Shown: positions 24,238 to 36,900 of the stretch, piece after piece
Layout: each line of letters starts with the position of its first letter
Position numbering within the stretch: position 1 is the stretch's first letter
From: Camelus dromedarius
Lineage: Eukaryota
DNA length: 64,000 nucleotides
Assembly (NCBI RefSeq): GCF_036321535.1
Contig: NC_087436.1
Span: forward strand, 94,118,001 to 94,182,000
Direction: 5' to 3'
The notes under the pieces: generated by a model
What the model saw: the letters and a program-made list of their open reading frames with translations, nothing else
Databases searched by the model: none
What the model was told of the DNA's origin: nothing
Made by a program: the position numbers and the translations under genes

Positions 24238-27200
24238 AGACTTCACTCTCTTAAGGAGTGCACACAGAATCTCACATGCACTAGGGCCAAGGGCAGACGC
24301 AGTGATTTCATAGGAACCTGAGCCAGACTTGCCTACTGGTTTTGGAAGGTCTCCTGGGGCGGTGGGGAGAAGTTATGGCTCACCCTGGGGATATAAAAGC
24401 TGGTGAAGGACATTTGGGGAATATTCATCTACATGAGCTTTCCTGGAGGCTGACATCTTGCTTGGGTCATTAGCACCAAGACCTGGCCTCACCCAACAGC
24501 CTGTAGGCTTAAGTGCTGGGACACAACAGGCCAAACAACATACTGGGTGGGAACACAGCCCCACCCATCAGCAGACTTCCTGAGCCCACAACTACCTCAA
24601 GACACACCCTTGGATATGGCCCTACCCACCAGAGGGCCAAGCTCCACCCACCAGTGGGCAGGCACTGATCTCTTCCACCAGGAAACCTGCATAAGCCTCT
24701 AGTCCAGTCTCACCCACCAGGGGGCAGACACCAGAGGTAAGAAAACAACACTCCTACAGCTTATGGAAAGAGTCTGCAAACACAGGCCAGACCCTACCTG
24801 GGACCAGCTGGACTGTGCCCTTGGGTGACAAGAGGGGATTGCACTGCTGGGACACATGGGACATTTCCCACAGAGGGCCACTTCTCCAAGGTCAAGAAAT
24901 GTACTATCCTACCTAAAAATACAAATAGAAATTCAGACAAAATGAAGTGGCAGAGGAATATGTTCCAGGCAAAGGCACAAGATAAAATCTCAGAAGAAAT
25001 AAGTGATCAGGAGATAGGCAATCTACCTGAGAAAGAGTTCAGAGTAATGATTGTGAAGATGATCAAAGAACTCAGGAAAAGAATAGATGCACAGGGAGAA
25101 GTTTTTAGCAAAGAGTTGGAAAATATAAAGAACAGCCAAACAGAGTTGAAGAATACAATTACTGAAATGAATAATACATTAGAAGGAACCAAGAATATAC
25201 TAAATGGGGCAGAAGAACAAATCAGTGAGCTAGAAGACAGAGTAGTGGAAATCATTGCCACAGAACAGAAAAAAGAATGAAAAGAAATTAGGATAGTTTA
25301 AGAGAACTCTGAGACAACTTGAAGCACACTAATATTTGCATTATAGGGGTCCCAGAAGAGAGACAGAAAGGACCTGAGAAAATATTTGAAGAGCTAATGC
25401 TGAAAACATCCCTAACTTGGGAAAGGAAATAGTCAATTAAGTTCAGGAAGCAGAGAGAGTCCCATTCAGGATCAATCCAAAGAGGAACACATTAAGGCAC
25501 ACAGCAATCAAAATTGGCAAAAATTAAAGATAAGGAGAAAATATTAAAAGCAGCAAGAAAAAAGCAACAAATAGCATACAAGGAAACTCCCATAAGATTT
25601 TCAGCTGATTTTTCAGCAGAAACTCTGCAAGACAAAAGGGAGCAGCAAGATATATTTAAAGTGATGAAAGGGAAAAACCTACAACCAAGAAGACTCTATC
25701 CATCAAGGCTCTTGTTCAGATTTGATGGAGAAATCAAAAGCTTTACAGATAAGCAAAAGCTTAAAGAAATGGCACCACTAAATCAGCTTCACAACAAATG
25801 CTAAAGGAACTTCTCTAGGTAAAAAGAAAAGGCCACAACTAGAAACAAGAAAATTACAAAATGGAAAATGTCACCATAATGGCAAACATAAAGGTAGGAA
25901 ATCATGCACACACAAACTAATAGAGAAGTTAAAAGACAAAAGTAGTAAAATCATCTGTATCCACAATAAGTGGTTAAAGGATGCATAAAACAATTAGATG
26001 TAAAATGATATTAAAACCAGTCATCATGAGGAGAGGAGAGTACAAATGCAGGGTATCTAAAATGCATTTGAAATTAAGAGATCAGCAACTTAAAACAATC
26101 ATGTATATATATAGACTTCTGTACCAAAATCTCATGATAACTGAAAACCAAAAATCTATAATAGATGTACACACAAAAAAGAGGAATCCAAATGTAATGC
26201 TACAGTCATCAAATCACAAGAGAAGAGAACAAAAAGAAGAAAAGGAAAAAAAGATCTACAAAAACAAATCCAAAATGATTAACAAAATAGCAAAAAGTAT
26301 ATTGATAATTACCTTAAATGTAAATAGATTAAACACTCCAATCAAAAGACATAGACTGGCTGCACAGATACAAAAACAAGACACATTATATGCTGTCTAT
26401 AAGAGACCCACTTCAGAGCTAGGGACACATACAGGCTGAAAGTGAGAGGATGGAAGAAGGTATCTTATACAAAAGGAAACCAAAAGAAAGCTAGAGTAGC
26501 AATACTTATATCAGTCAAAATAGAATTTAAAATAAAGACTCTCACAAGAGACAAAGAAGGAAACTACATAATACTCAAGGGATCAATCCAAGAAGAAGAT
26601 GTAACAATTGTAAATACACATGCACCCAACATAGGAGCACCTCACAAAGCTACAGTTAACAGGCATAAAAGGAGAAATCGACAGTAACACTGTAATAGTG
26701 GAGGATCTTAACATCTTACTTACATCAAGGGACAGATCATCCAGACAAATCAATAAGGAAACACAGGCTTAAATGACACATTAGACCAGATAGACTTACG
26801 TTTATAGAGCATTCCATCCCAAAGCAGCAGAATACACTTTCTTCTGAAGTGCACGTGGAACATTCTCCAGGATAGATCATATGCTGGCCCACAAAACAGG
26901 CCTTGGTAAATTTAGGAAAATTGAAATCATATCAAGCATCTCTTCTGACCACAACACTATGGGGTTAGAAATCAACTATAGGAAAAAAACTGCAAAAACC
27001 TTGAACACATGGAGGCTAAACAACATGCTACTAAACAACCAATGCATCACTGAGGAAGTCAAAAAATACTTAGAGACAGATGAAAACAAAAACACAATGA
27101 TCCAAAACATCTACAATAAAGCAAAATAGTTCTAAGAGGGAAGTTTACAGCAATACAAGCTTACCTCAGGAAACAAGAACAATCTCAAACAACCTAACCT

Positions 27201-27476
27201 CACACCTAAAGCAATTAGAGAAAGAAGAATAAACAAAACCCAAAGTTAGTAGAAGGGAAAAAAGTCATAAAGCTCAGAGCAGAAATAAATCAAAGAGAGA
27301 CTGAAAAAAAAAAAAAGTAGAAAAGATCAATGAAACTAAAAGCTGGTTCTTTGAAAAGATAAGTAAATTAATAAACCATTAGCCAGGCTCATCAAGAAAA
27401 AAAGAGAGATGGCTCAAATTAATAAAATCAGAAATGAAAAAGAAGTTACAAACAACACCACAAAAATACAAAGGAT

Positions 27477-27683
27477 TGGGGGTAGGGTATAGCTCAAGTG
27501 GTAAAGCCCAAGAGATCAGGAGTTCAATCCCCAGTACCTCCTCCAAGCAGAAATCACTGAAGAATCCTAATTACTTCCCTCTCATAAAACAAATAATACA
27601 AGCCCAAAACGTGTGGTTTCATGTGGTCCACAAATCCGTCTCATGCTTTAACCAGTGCTTACATTCAAATCTTAGATTAAAAA
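27477..27683 (+). mobile_element. tRNA-derived SINE with extra 3' sequence, inserted in L1 ORF2
   Basis: gggggtagggtatagctcaagtggt...gagttcaatccccagtacctcc...cctaattacttccc. 15-bp TSD aaaaatacaaaggat at 27462-27476 and 27684-27698. Confidence 0.88.
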
Positions 27684-30600
27684 AAAAATACAAAGGATCA
27701 TAAGAGGCTACTATGAGCAACTATACCCCAGCTAAAAGGACAACCTAGAAGAAATGGACAATTTCTTAGAAAGGTACAACCTGCCAAGACTGAACCAGGA
27801 AGAAATAGAAAATATGAATAGACCAATTACCAGTACTGAAATGGAATCAGTAATGTAAAAAGTCCAGGACCAGATGGCTTCACAGGCAAATTCTACCAAA
27901 CATTTAGAGAAGAGTTAAGACTTATCCTTCTAAAACTACTCCAAAAAGTTGCAGAGGATGGAACACTTCTGAACTCATCCTATGAGGCCACCATAACCCT
28001 AATACCAAATCCAGACAAAGATATCACACAAAAAGAAAATTACACTTATGAATATAGATGCAAAAATCCTCAAAAATATACTGACAAATTGACTCCAACA
28101 ATGCATTAAAAGGATCATACACTATGATCAAGTAGGATTTATCCAATGGATAAAAGGACTTTTCAATATCTGCAAATCAATCAATGTGATACACCACATT
28201 AACAAACTGAAGAATAAAAACCATATAGATCATCTCAATAGATGCAGAAAAACCTTTTGATTAAATTCAGTATCTATTTGATAAAAACTCTCTAGAAAAT
28301 GGGCATAAAGGAACCATAACTCAACATAATAAAGGCCATATATGACAAACCCCCAGCTAACATCATACTCAGTGGTGGAAAGCTGAAAGCATTTCCTCTA
28401 AGATCAGGAACAAGACAAGGATGCCCACTCTTGCCATTTTTATCAATATAGTTTCGGAAGTCCCAGGCACAGCAGTCAGAGAAGAAAAAGAAATAAAAGG
28501 AATCCAAACTGGAAAAGAAGAAGTAAAACTGTCACTGCTTACAGATGACATGATACTATATAGAAAATCATAAGATGCTACCAGAAAACTACTAGAGCTC
28601 ATCAATGAAATTTGGTAAAGTTGCAAGATACAAAATTAATATACAAAAATCAATTGCATTTCTATAAACTAACAATGAAATAGCAGAAAAAGAAATTAAG
28701 GAAACAATCTCATTCACCATTGCATCAAGAAGAATAAAGTACCTAGGAATAAACGTACCTCAGGAGGCCAAGGACCTGTACTCCAAAAACCATTAGACAC
28801 TGATGAAAGAAATTGAAGACAACACAAACAGATGGAAAGACATACTGTGTGCTTGGATTGGAAAACTGAATATTGTTAAAATGGCCATACTATCCAAGGC
28901 AATATACAGATTCAGTGCAATCCCTATCAAATTATCAATGACATTTTTTCACAGAACTGGAACAAAAAAATTTTAACTTTGTATGGAAACACAAAAGACC
29001 CCAAATAGCCAAAACAATCTTGAGAAAGAAGGATGGAGCTATACTACAAAGCAACAGCAATCAAAACAGTATGGTACTGGCACAAAACAGACACATAGAT
29101 CAATGGAACAGGATAGGAAGTTCAGAAATAAACCCATGCACATATGGACAATTAATCTATGACAAAGGAGGCAAGAATACACAATGGAGAAACATAGTCT
29201 CTTTAGTAAGTGGTGCTGGGAAAACTAGACAGTTACTTGTAAAAGGATGAAATTAGAACATTTTCTAACACCATATACAAAAATAAACTCAAAATGACTT
29301 AAATGTAAGACCAGATACTATAAAACTCCTAGAGGAAAACCTAGGCAGAACACTCTTTGACATAAATCACAGCAATATATTTTTTGAACCAGCTCATGGA
29401 GTATGGAAAATAAAAGCAAAAATAAACAAATGGGATATAATTAAATTTAAAAGCTTTTGCACAGCTAAGGATACCATCAACAAAACGAAAAGACAAGCCA
29501 CAGAATGAGAGAAAATGTTTGCAAATGATGTGACCAACAAGGGACTAATTTTGAAAACATAGAAACAGCTCATACACCTTAATATCAAAAACACAAGCCA
29601 CCCAATCAAAAAATTGGCAGAAGACCTAAATAAACATCACTCCAAAGAAGACATCCAGATGGCCAACAAGCACATGAAAAGTTGCTGAACATCATTAATT
29701 TTCAAAGAAATGCAAATCAAAACTACAATGAGGTGTCACCTCACACCAATCAGAATGGCCATCATTAAAAAGTCTACAAATAATAAATGCTGGAGAGGAT
29801 GTGGAGAAAAAGGAATCTTCCTACACTGTTGGTGAGAATATAAATTGGTGCAGCCACTATGTAGGTTCCTTGAAAAACTGATAATAGACTTACCATATGA
29901 TCCAGCAATCCCACTCCTGGGAATAAACCCAGAGAAAACTCTAATTCAAAAAGACACATGCACCCCAATGTTCATAGCAGCAGTACTTACAATAGCCAAG
30001 ACATGGAAACAACCTAAATGTTCATTGACATATGACTGGATAAAGAAGATGTGGTATATATATACAATGGAATATTACTCAGCCATAAAAAATAAAATAA
30101 AGTCATTTGCAGCAACATGGATAGATCTGGAGATCATCATTCTAAGCGAAGGCAGAAAGAGAAAAAAAAATGCCATATGATATCACTTATATGTAGATTC
30201 TAAAAAAGAAGGACACAAATTAACTTATCGACAAAACAGAAACAGATTCATAGACAGAGAATAAACTTATGGTTATCAGGGGGTAAAAGAGGTGGGAAGG
30301 AATAAATTGGGAATTAAAAAACTGCACCTCTTGGGGAGTGATGGAAATGTTAGCTATCTTGAGTGTGGTAGTGGTTTCATTGGTATATACATCTATCAAA
30401 ATTCATCAAATTGTACATTTGAAATATGTGTAATTTATTGTACAGGAACCATACCACAATAAAGGTGTTAAAATTTTCTTTAATTAGAGTATTTTCTAAC
30501 ACCATATCAAAATATAAACTCAAAATGGATTAAAGACCTAAATGTAAGACTGGATATTATAAAACTCCTAGACAAAGATATAGGCAGAACACTCTTTGAC

Positions 30601-31779
30601 ATAAATTTCAGCAATATTTTTTTCAAATCAGCTCCTAGAGTAATGGAGATAAAAGCAAAAATAAACAAAAAGGGACCTGATTAAACTTAAAATCTTTTGC
30701 AGCAAATGAAACCATAAACAAAATGAAAAGACAACCTGGAGAATGGGAGAAATATTTGCAAATAATGCAACCAACAAGGGACTAATTTCCAAAAAAAAAA
30801 AAAATGAACAACTCATCCATTTTAATATCAAAAAAAGCAACTCAATCAAAAAATGGGCAGAAGACCTACATATACATTTCTCCAAAGAAGACAGGCCCAT
30901 GAAAAGATGCTCAATATCACTAATTATTAGAGACATGCAAATCAAAACCACAATGAAGTATCACCTTACACCAGTCAGAATGGCCATCATTAAAAAGTCT
31001 ACAAATAATAAATGCTGGAGAGGATGTGGAGAAAAGGAACCCTCCTACACTGTTGGTGGGAATGTGAATTGGTGCAGCCACTATGGAGGACAGTATGTAG
31101 GTTCCTTCAAAAACTAAAAATATACTTACCATATGATCCAGCAATCCTACTCCTGGGCACATATCTGGAGAAAACTCTAATCTGAAAAGACACATGATCC
31201 CCAATGTTCATAGCAGCACTATTACAATAGCCAAGATATGGAAACAACCTAAATGCCCATCAACATATGACTGGATAAAGAAGTGGTATACACACACACA
31301 CACACAGGAATATTACTCAGCCATAAAAAGGAATGAAATAATGCCATTTGCAGCAACATGGATGGACCTAGAGATTATCATATTGAGTGAAATAAGTCAG
31401 ACAGAGAAAGACAAATATCCTATTATGTTGCTTATACATGGAATCTAATTCTATTTACAAACCAGAAATAGACTCACGGACATAGAAAACAAACTGTGGT
31501 TACCAAGGGGGGAAAAGGAGTGGAGGGATAGATTAGGAGTTTAGAATTAACAGATATACATTACTATATATAAAATAAACAACAAGGACCTACTGTATAG
31601 CAGGGGGAACTGTATTCAGTTTCTTATAATGAGCTATAATGGAAAAGAATCTGAAAAAAATGTATATGTATAACTGAATCACTTTGCTGTACACCAGAAA
31701 CTAACATTGTAAAGTGGCTACACTTCAATAAAAAATAATTTAAAAGAAGAAAATTTCTGATTTTAAGTTATATTTCCCC

Positions 31780-32120
31780 AATTCCTTCTAATCCCTGCTT
31801 ACTTCTTTTTCTGTCTAGCAAACGCCTACTCATCCTTCAAAGCCCAACTCAAATGTTACACCCCTACAAGTCTTTCCCAAACTTTCACTCAAACAGATTA
31901 ATTGTCGTTGTTCCTATGACATCTGTCCACACTTCTGATAGCACTTTTACAGCACATTGTAGTCTATTTTCCTAACTGTCTCCTCTACTAAACTACAAGC
32001 ACCATGTAAGAAACCAGAGGTTGTAGCCATGTTTTATATTTGTTCCCTTCAAGGCTGACATAACACTCAGTATGTAGTAGGTGCACAATAAATATTTTTA
32101 AGAATAAGTAAATGTAAGAA
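31780..32120 (+). mobile_element. LINE-2 3' fragment
   Basis: cctactcatccttcaaagcccaactcaaatg...gtaggtgcacaataaatattt. Confidence 0.7.
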
Positions 32121-33424
32121 TAAAAAACAATGTCTATATGTTTAAACAAATGCCATCCTCTTTTTTCTAGGTTAACCGCTGTCTCTCTCCATGTCTGTTC
32201 ATTTGCTTGTTTTTAATTGATAAAAGAATAGTTGAGGAATTGGGAATTAGGGAATGAGTATTAGTACTTGTATCATTTGAATCAAGGTGAGAATTAAGGG
32301 AATTTGAAGACATATTTGATTGAAAGTAGGGGGAAAAAGTTGAGAAGCAGAAGAAGTAATTTAGGGCCAAAATTCAGAACTATGAATGAGAATCCCTCAA
32401 TCACTACTATCCTAAATCATGATTTGTCATGGCCAAAAGCAGTGTGGCTTTAGCAGACCTGGCCCAAACTCAGAGTCACAGTGCTAAGGGTTTATAGCCC
32501 AGCTGTAAGTATTATGTAGTTGGATGTGGAGGTAGGTCACTTAACCCACCTTCCTCTGACAGTTTCTTCCGCTGACAAAGATAACTAGAAATGCCTGCCC
32601 ACCTAGCTCACAGAATTACAGTGAATATCAAAAGTCATCAGACTTGTGCCTAAGAGTTGCTATGACACCCAATGCAAATGTGAATCATGCAGCTTTACTA
32701 TATGTAGGAAAACATAAATGTTTGGTAAATAATTGCATGAATGAATAAATAAGCCCAGTTTGCTAATGATCTCATTTAAATCCAAGACTAAATGCAGAAA
32801 CGACTTCATCTTTAAGGCTTATATAAAATATAACCAACGTATTTAACATCATCATTACAAAGAAAACCCTCTTCCCCATTAAGTTGCTGCTGATTCTTAG
32901 ACTTTCTTCATATGGGACAAGATTTTTTGTTTCATCATTTAAGATATGGCTTGAAAGGCACCAGGCCTGAGAAAAGTAACATTAAGACTTAAATCACACT
33001 AAAGAATACATGGCAAGTTTCCTTTTTCAAAAGTATGTTCTAATATGGACTAAGGAGAAGATGAGTTTCTTTTGTTTTGCTTTAAGTTTTAAATCAAATG
33101 TAGTGCACTTTGTTACCTGCACTGCTAAAGGGGCGAGTAATTGAACTAGAGGCCAGCCACCTACCACTTTGGTAGACTATAAAAGGGGTCTTTCTGCATT
33201 TCTTCCATTTTCCTACCCTTGAAATTTTGGACCTCCTGCTTAATTTAACCTGACAGCTAGTTATAATATTGCTCTGAAGTTAAAAATAAAAAGATAACAT
33301 AACCCCTAAATTATATATATTTGTGTATGTGTGTGTCTATAGATTTAGATATTTCTGACTTGGAAGAGCATTAGAGTAGATCACAGGGAATTGTACTGAT
33401 TTATCCCCACTTACCAAATACTCA

Positions 33425-33966
33425 CTAATCTGCCCTTGCTATGATCAAAATAGTCATCACAAACACCATAATGAAAAAAATCCACATAAAGAATCGGTCT
33501 ATGACTTTTGCCACCTTTTTCCATTCGCTCCCCTTGGAATTGGTGGCCCTGTGGTCTTTGAGGCACTTGGCAATGTATTCAATATTCTTTGTTAGTACTT
33601 GATACCGTGCACAGTAACTGTCAGCATCCTGCGGATTCTCACCCTGGTATCCCAAGTCATTCTTTAAGAGTTTGTTCATTTCCTTCTTTCTGGGAAGGTC
33701 TTTGTTTCTGGTCGTATTCAGATTAGGTTCTGGAAGTTTGCCATAAACCTTTGTGAGGTGGTCCCGCTGCCTGTCGTGGCGGGGGCTGAGGCAGCTCTCA
33801 CCCACGTCGTAGACAAACAAGATCCTGGACATGTATTTCAGGATGACCACCCTGGCCCAGTGTGGCACTGGCCGGGCCTCAGCCCCGCAGAAGTGGATAT
33901 TCATCACCATAATGGTCAAGGCAGTGGAGGCTGTGATCAAGGCCATCGTGGCTATGTAGTATTTGC
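33425..33966 (-). CDS. CHRNA9: CHRNA9 coding exon 5 (M3, intracellular loop, M4, stop)
   Basis: Acceptor tttcccag|[24 protein letters not shown]...[25 protein letters not shown] at 33427-33425; 542 nt. Confidence 0.98.
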
Positions 33967-36900
33967 CTGGGAAACAACAACCACCAAGTTAGCTTAAAAC
34001 TGTCCTCATGTTTGGCTCAAAAAGAAACAAATGCCTCTTCTGAGGAAGCTGTATACACTAATAGTTCCTAGTACAAATATTTGAATAAAACGGGGTTAAA
34101 ATCCGAGCTCTGTCACTCACTAGACTTGCAACCTGGAGCACTTTATATGTTCCTGGTAAGCCTCAGCTTCCTTCTCTATAAAATGACCACATTAATAGTA
34201 TCTAACTCATAGGAATATGGTGGGGCTTAACTGAGAAAATACATGTAAAGTTCTCAGCACTGTCCCTTGCACTGAGTTAAAAGGTTTGTAAAGTTTTGCT
34301 GAGATCATGATGTGAAAAACTGCTTTGAACAAACAAATAAGCAAACAATGAAAAATCTTGGCCAGTTCTCAGAATTGTCTTTGGATCTCATTAATATAAA
34401 AGCTCACTACTATTGGGGAAGAAAAGAGACACTCTGTCAGGGTTAGTCTTTAACATGTGATTACATAAAGCAAGTATTCATGAGAAAAGAAAATTAAGGA
34501 AGAAAACAATAAAGATAGGGTACAAATTTAAGAAATATAAAACAAAGAACCTAAAAGATGAACAAAACCAAAAGCAAGCTATTCAAAAAGAGTAATACAA
34601 TTGATGAACCTTTGATAAGGCCGCCCATGGATAGAGGTGGAAGAGAAAAAAGATGCAAAAGAAAAAAATGAAAGAATAGAAATTTAGAAAATAATAAAAT
34701 AATATTATAAATAGCTATATGATAATACATTTGAAAACCTAGATGAAACTTCTACAGGTATATAGACTATCACATTTAGTGTAAGAAGAAAGAACGCTTG
34801 AAGAGAAATGGGAGTTAGTCAAATACCTCTACCCACCCACACCCAAAAAGTTCTAGAGCCAAAGGTTTTATAGGCAAGTTTCACCAAATTTTTAAGAAAC
34901 AGATAACTCATATCTTATGCAGGTTGTTTCAGAAATAGAAAAGAGGGGAAAATGCCTAGCTCATCTTATGAAGCAAATGTAACCTTGATTTCAAAAGTAA
35001 TAAGAAAGAAAGTATTTAGGCCATTTCACTTATAGACACATTTGAGAAAATCCTATATAAATTACTGGCTAATTAAATCCTGTCTTTAACTGATAATTCA
35101 TCATGATGAAGAACTGTTTGGTTCAACATCAGAAAACAGTAGTGTAATTCACTACATTAATGGAGTAAAAGAAAAAACTCCTTTATCTTAACAGATAAAG
35201 ACAATGCATTTGATATTGTTCACCATCTGTTTACTATTTGTTGAAAGCTCTGAGTAATCTAAAAATAAAGGGAATCTTTCTTAACATTGTAAAGGCTATG
35301 GGTCAAAAGTCGGGATCAAATGCTATACAATGAAAAAAGTTAAACACATTTCTATGAGATTGGAAGTACATTTCATAAGTGATACAAATAACAAATTGTG
35401 ATTATGAATTAATAGTCTCAAGATCTGTGTGCACCCTTCCTAAAAACATACAGTTCATATTATCACAGAAAAAAGTAATGCTTATAAAATTCTTGAGACA
35501 TGTCCTGAGACATCTGTCTTCAGAAACTGAGCCAGCTTGCTTCTGAATGTCACTGCTCAAGAAGAGAGAGGCACCTGCCAATTGATCCTGCCTCAAATAT
35601 GGTTATGATTGGATGTCATCACTGTCAATCATTTCTGCCTTAGGAGAGGTAATAAAAGTGCCAATACACCTCTTCCTCTTTTTTAGTGGTGGTGAGAAAG
35701 GAGAGAACCTTCTGTATCTATTTTTCAAAAATGAGAGAGAGAGAGAGTGGGGGGGGGGGCTTGCTTGGAGAGACATAGCAACCAATGTAGTAATAAAGGC
35801 TGAATATTGCATAATACTAGATTCAGTAGAGGGTAAAAAGGCAGTGTGAAATCCCTTTTATATTTGTCTCCAAGTCCTTTGGTGTTCTGAAATTTCTCCT
35901 CATTGCTTACTTTAAAGAACCAAAAGTTAGGTCTAGCTTCTGATCCTGGTAAGCATCTATTACAATAGCAAGTCACTGAGATAGAGGTGTTGGATCTAGT
36001 GTTACCCTTGGTGGCAGGAATTAGGTATTAAATGTGTTAGGAGGGATCTCAGAACGAGGTAGGTAAAGGAAAAGAGGGAGGGATGGTAGCCACAGTCTAC
36101 GCTCCTACCCTTAGAAGGACATTTTAGTATTGCAGATTTTTGAAAATGTGGTCTTCTTTTAGAATCACCTCAGGTTCCCAAATCTTGCTCAAGATTCCAA
36201 AAAAAAGAAAAAAACCTCTTTGGGTGTAGAAACCTGCATTTTTAACAAGCTCTCCCACAGCTATTATTCCCAGTAAAGTTTGAGAATTACCCTGTTAAGG
36301 GTGGATGGCAGGCTTAGAAATCCAGCTCATTGTTTCTATCACATTTACCACTCTTCCTAAGAAGAAATCCCTTGTGATGTGAAAAGATAATAATGGTCAC
36401 TGTTTGCTGGGTGCTCACATGCCAGGCTCCGTGCCAGGCACTGGCATGATGAGGTAGCAATTACACGGAATTTGCAGTTGATGAAGCAACTTGCTTAAGG
36501 TTGATCAAGGAACAAGTGGTGAAGTGAGAGTTCAGATGCAGACGTCTTGGACTTCAAAATCAGGGCCTTAACCTAAAAGCCAGTGGTTTTTAGACTTGAA
36601 CAAAAAGTGTATCAAAATCACCCAGAAAGCTTGTTAAAACAGTTGGCCAGACCTCACCCTCAGAGTTTCCAATTCAGTTGGTCTAGGGTGGGCCCTGAGA
36701 ATTTGTATTTCTAAAATGATGCAGTTGCTGTGGGTCCAGAGACCACACTTTGAGAACCACTGCTCTAAATTCTATTGCTGGCATTCCTCTTTTGTGTAAA
36801 CCTGGAGACCACGAGACCAATTTTGTCTCCAACAGCCACATCTGTATTCAAAGATGCCAACTGAGGACACTAAATGAAGGATGTGACAGCCCGTGTTGAG

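Larger units (their letters stand above)
23692..31742 (+). mobile_element. Full-length-type LINE-1 composite (5'UTR, ORF1 about 24942-25818, inter-ORF spacer of about 450 bp, ORF2 about 26275-30180, duplicated 3' end); both ORFs disrupted
   Basis: 5' ggtcaagatggc. ORF1 remnants (LPEKEFRVMIVKMI, KEKILKAAR, SADFSAETLQ) and ORF2 remnants ([17 protein letters not shown] region, CTPMFIAA). TSD aaagaagaaaa at 23681-23691 and 31743-31753, after a TT|AAAG endonuclease site. Confidence 0.93.

Noticed and set aside
24825..30180. L1 ORF1/ORF2 fragments as functional genes or an active L1
   Set aside because: Multiple stops and frameshifts, plus SINE and rRNA insertions; not retrotransposition-competent.
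32400..33424. CHRNA9 polyadenylation signal
   Set aside because: I found no canonical AATAAA on the minus strand within about 1 kb of the stop, only weak variants (e.g. AGTAAA near 32694-32699), so the 3' end cannot be called.
33758..33997. Antisense ORF over CHRNA9 exon 5
   Set aside because: Shadow frame of the real coding exon.
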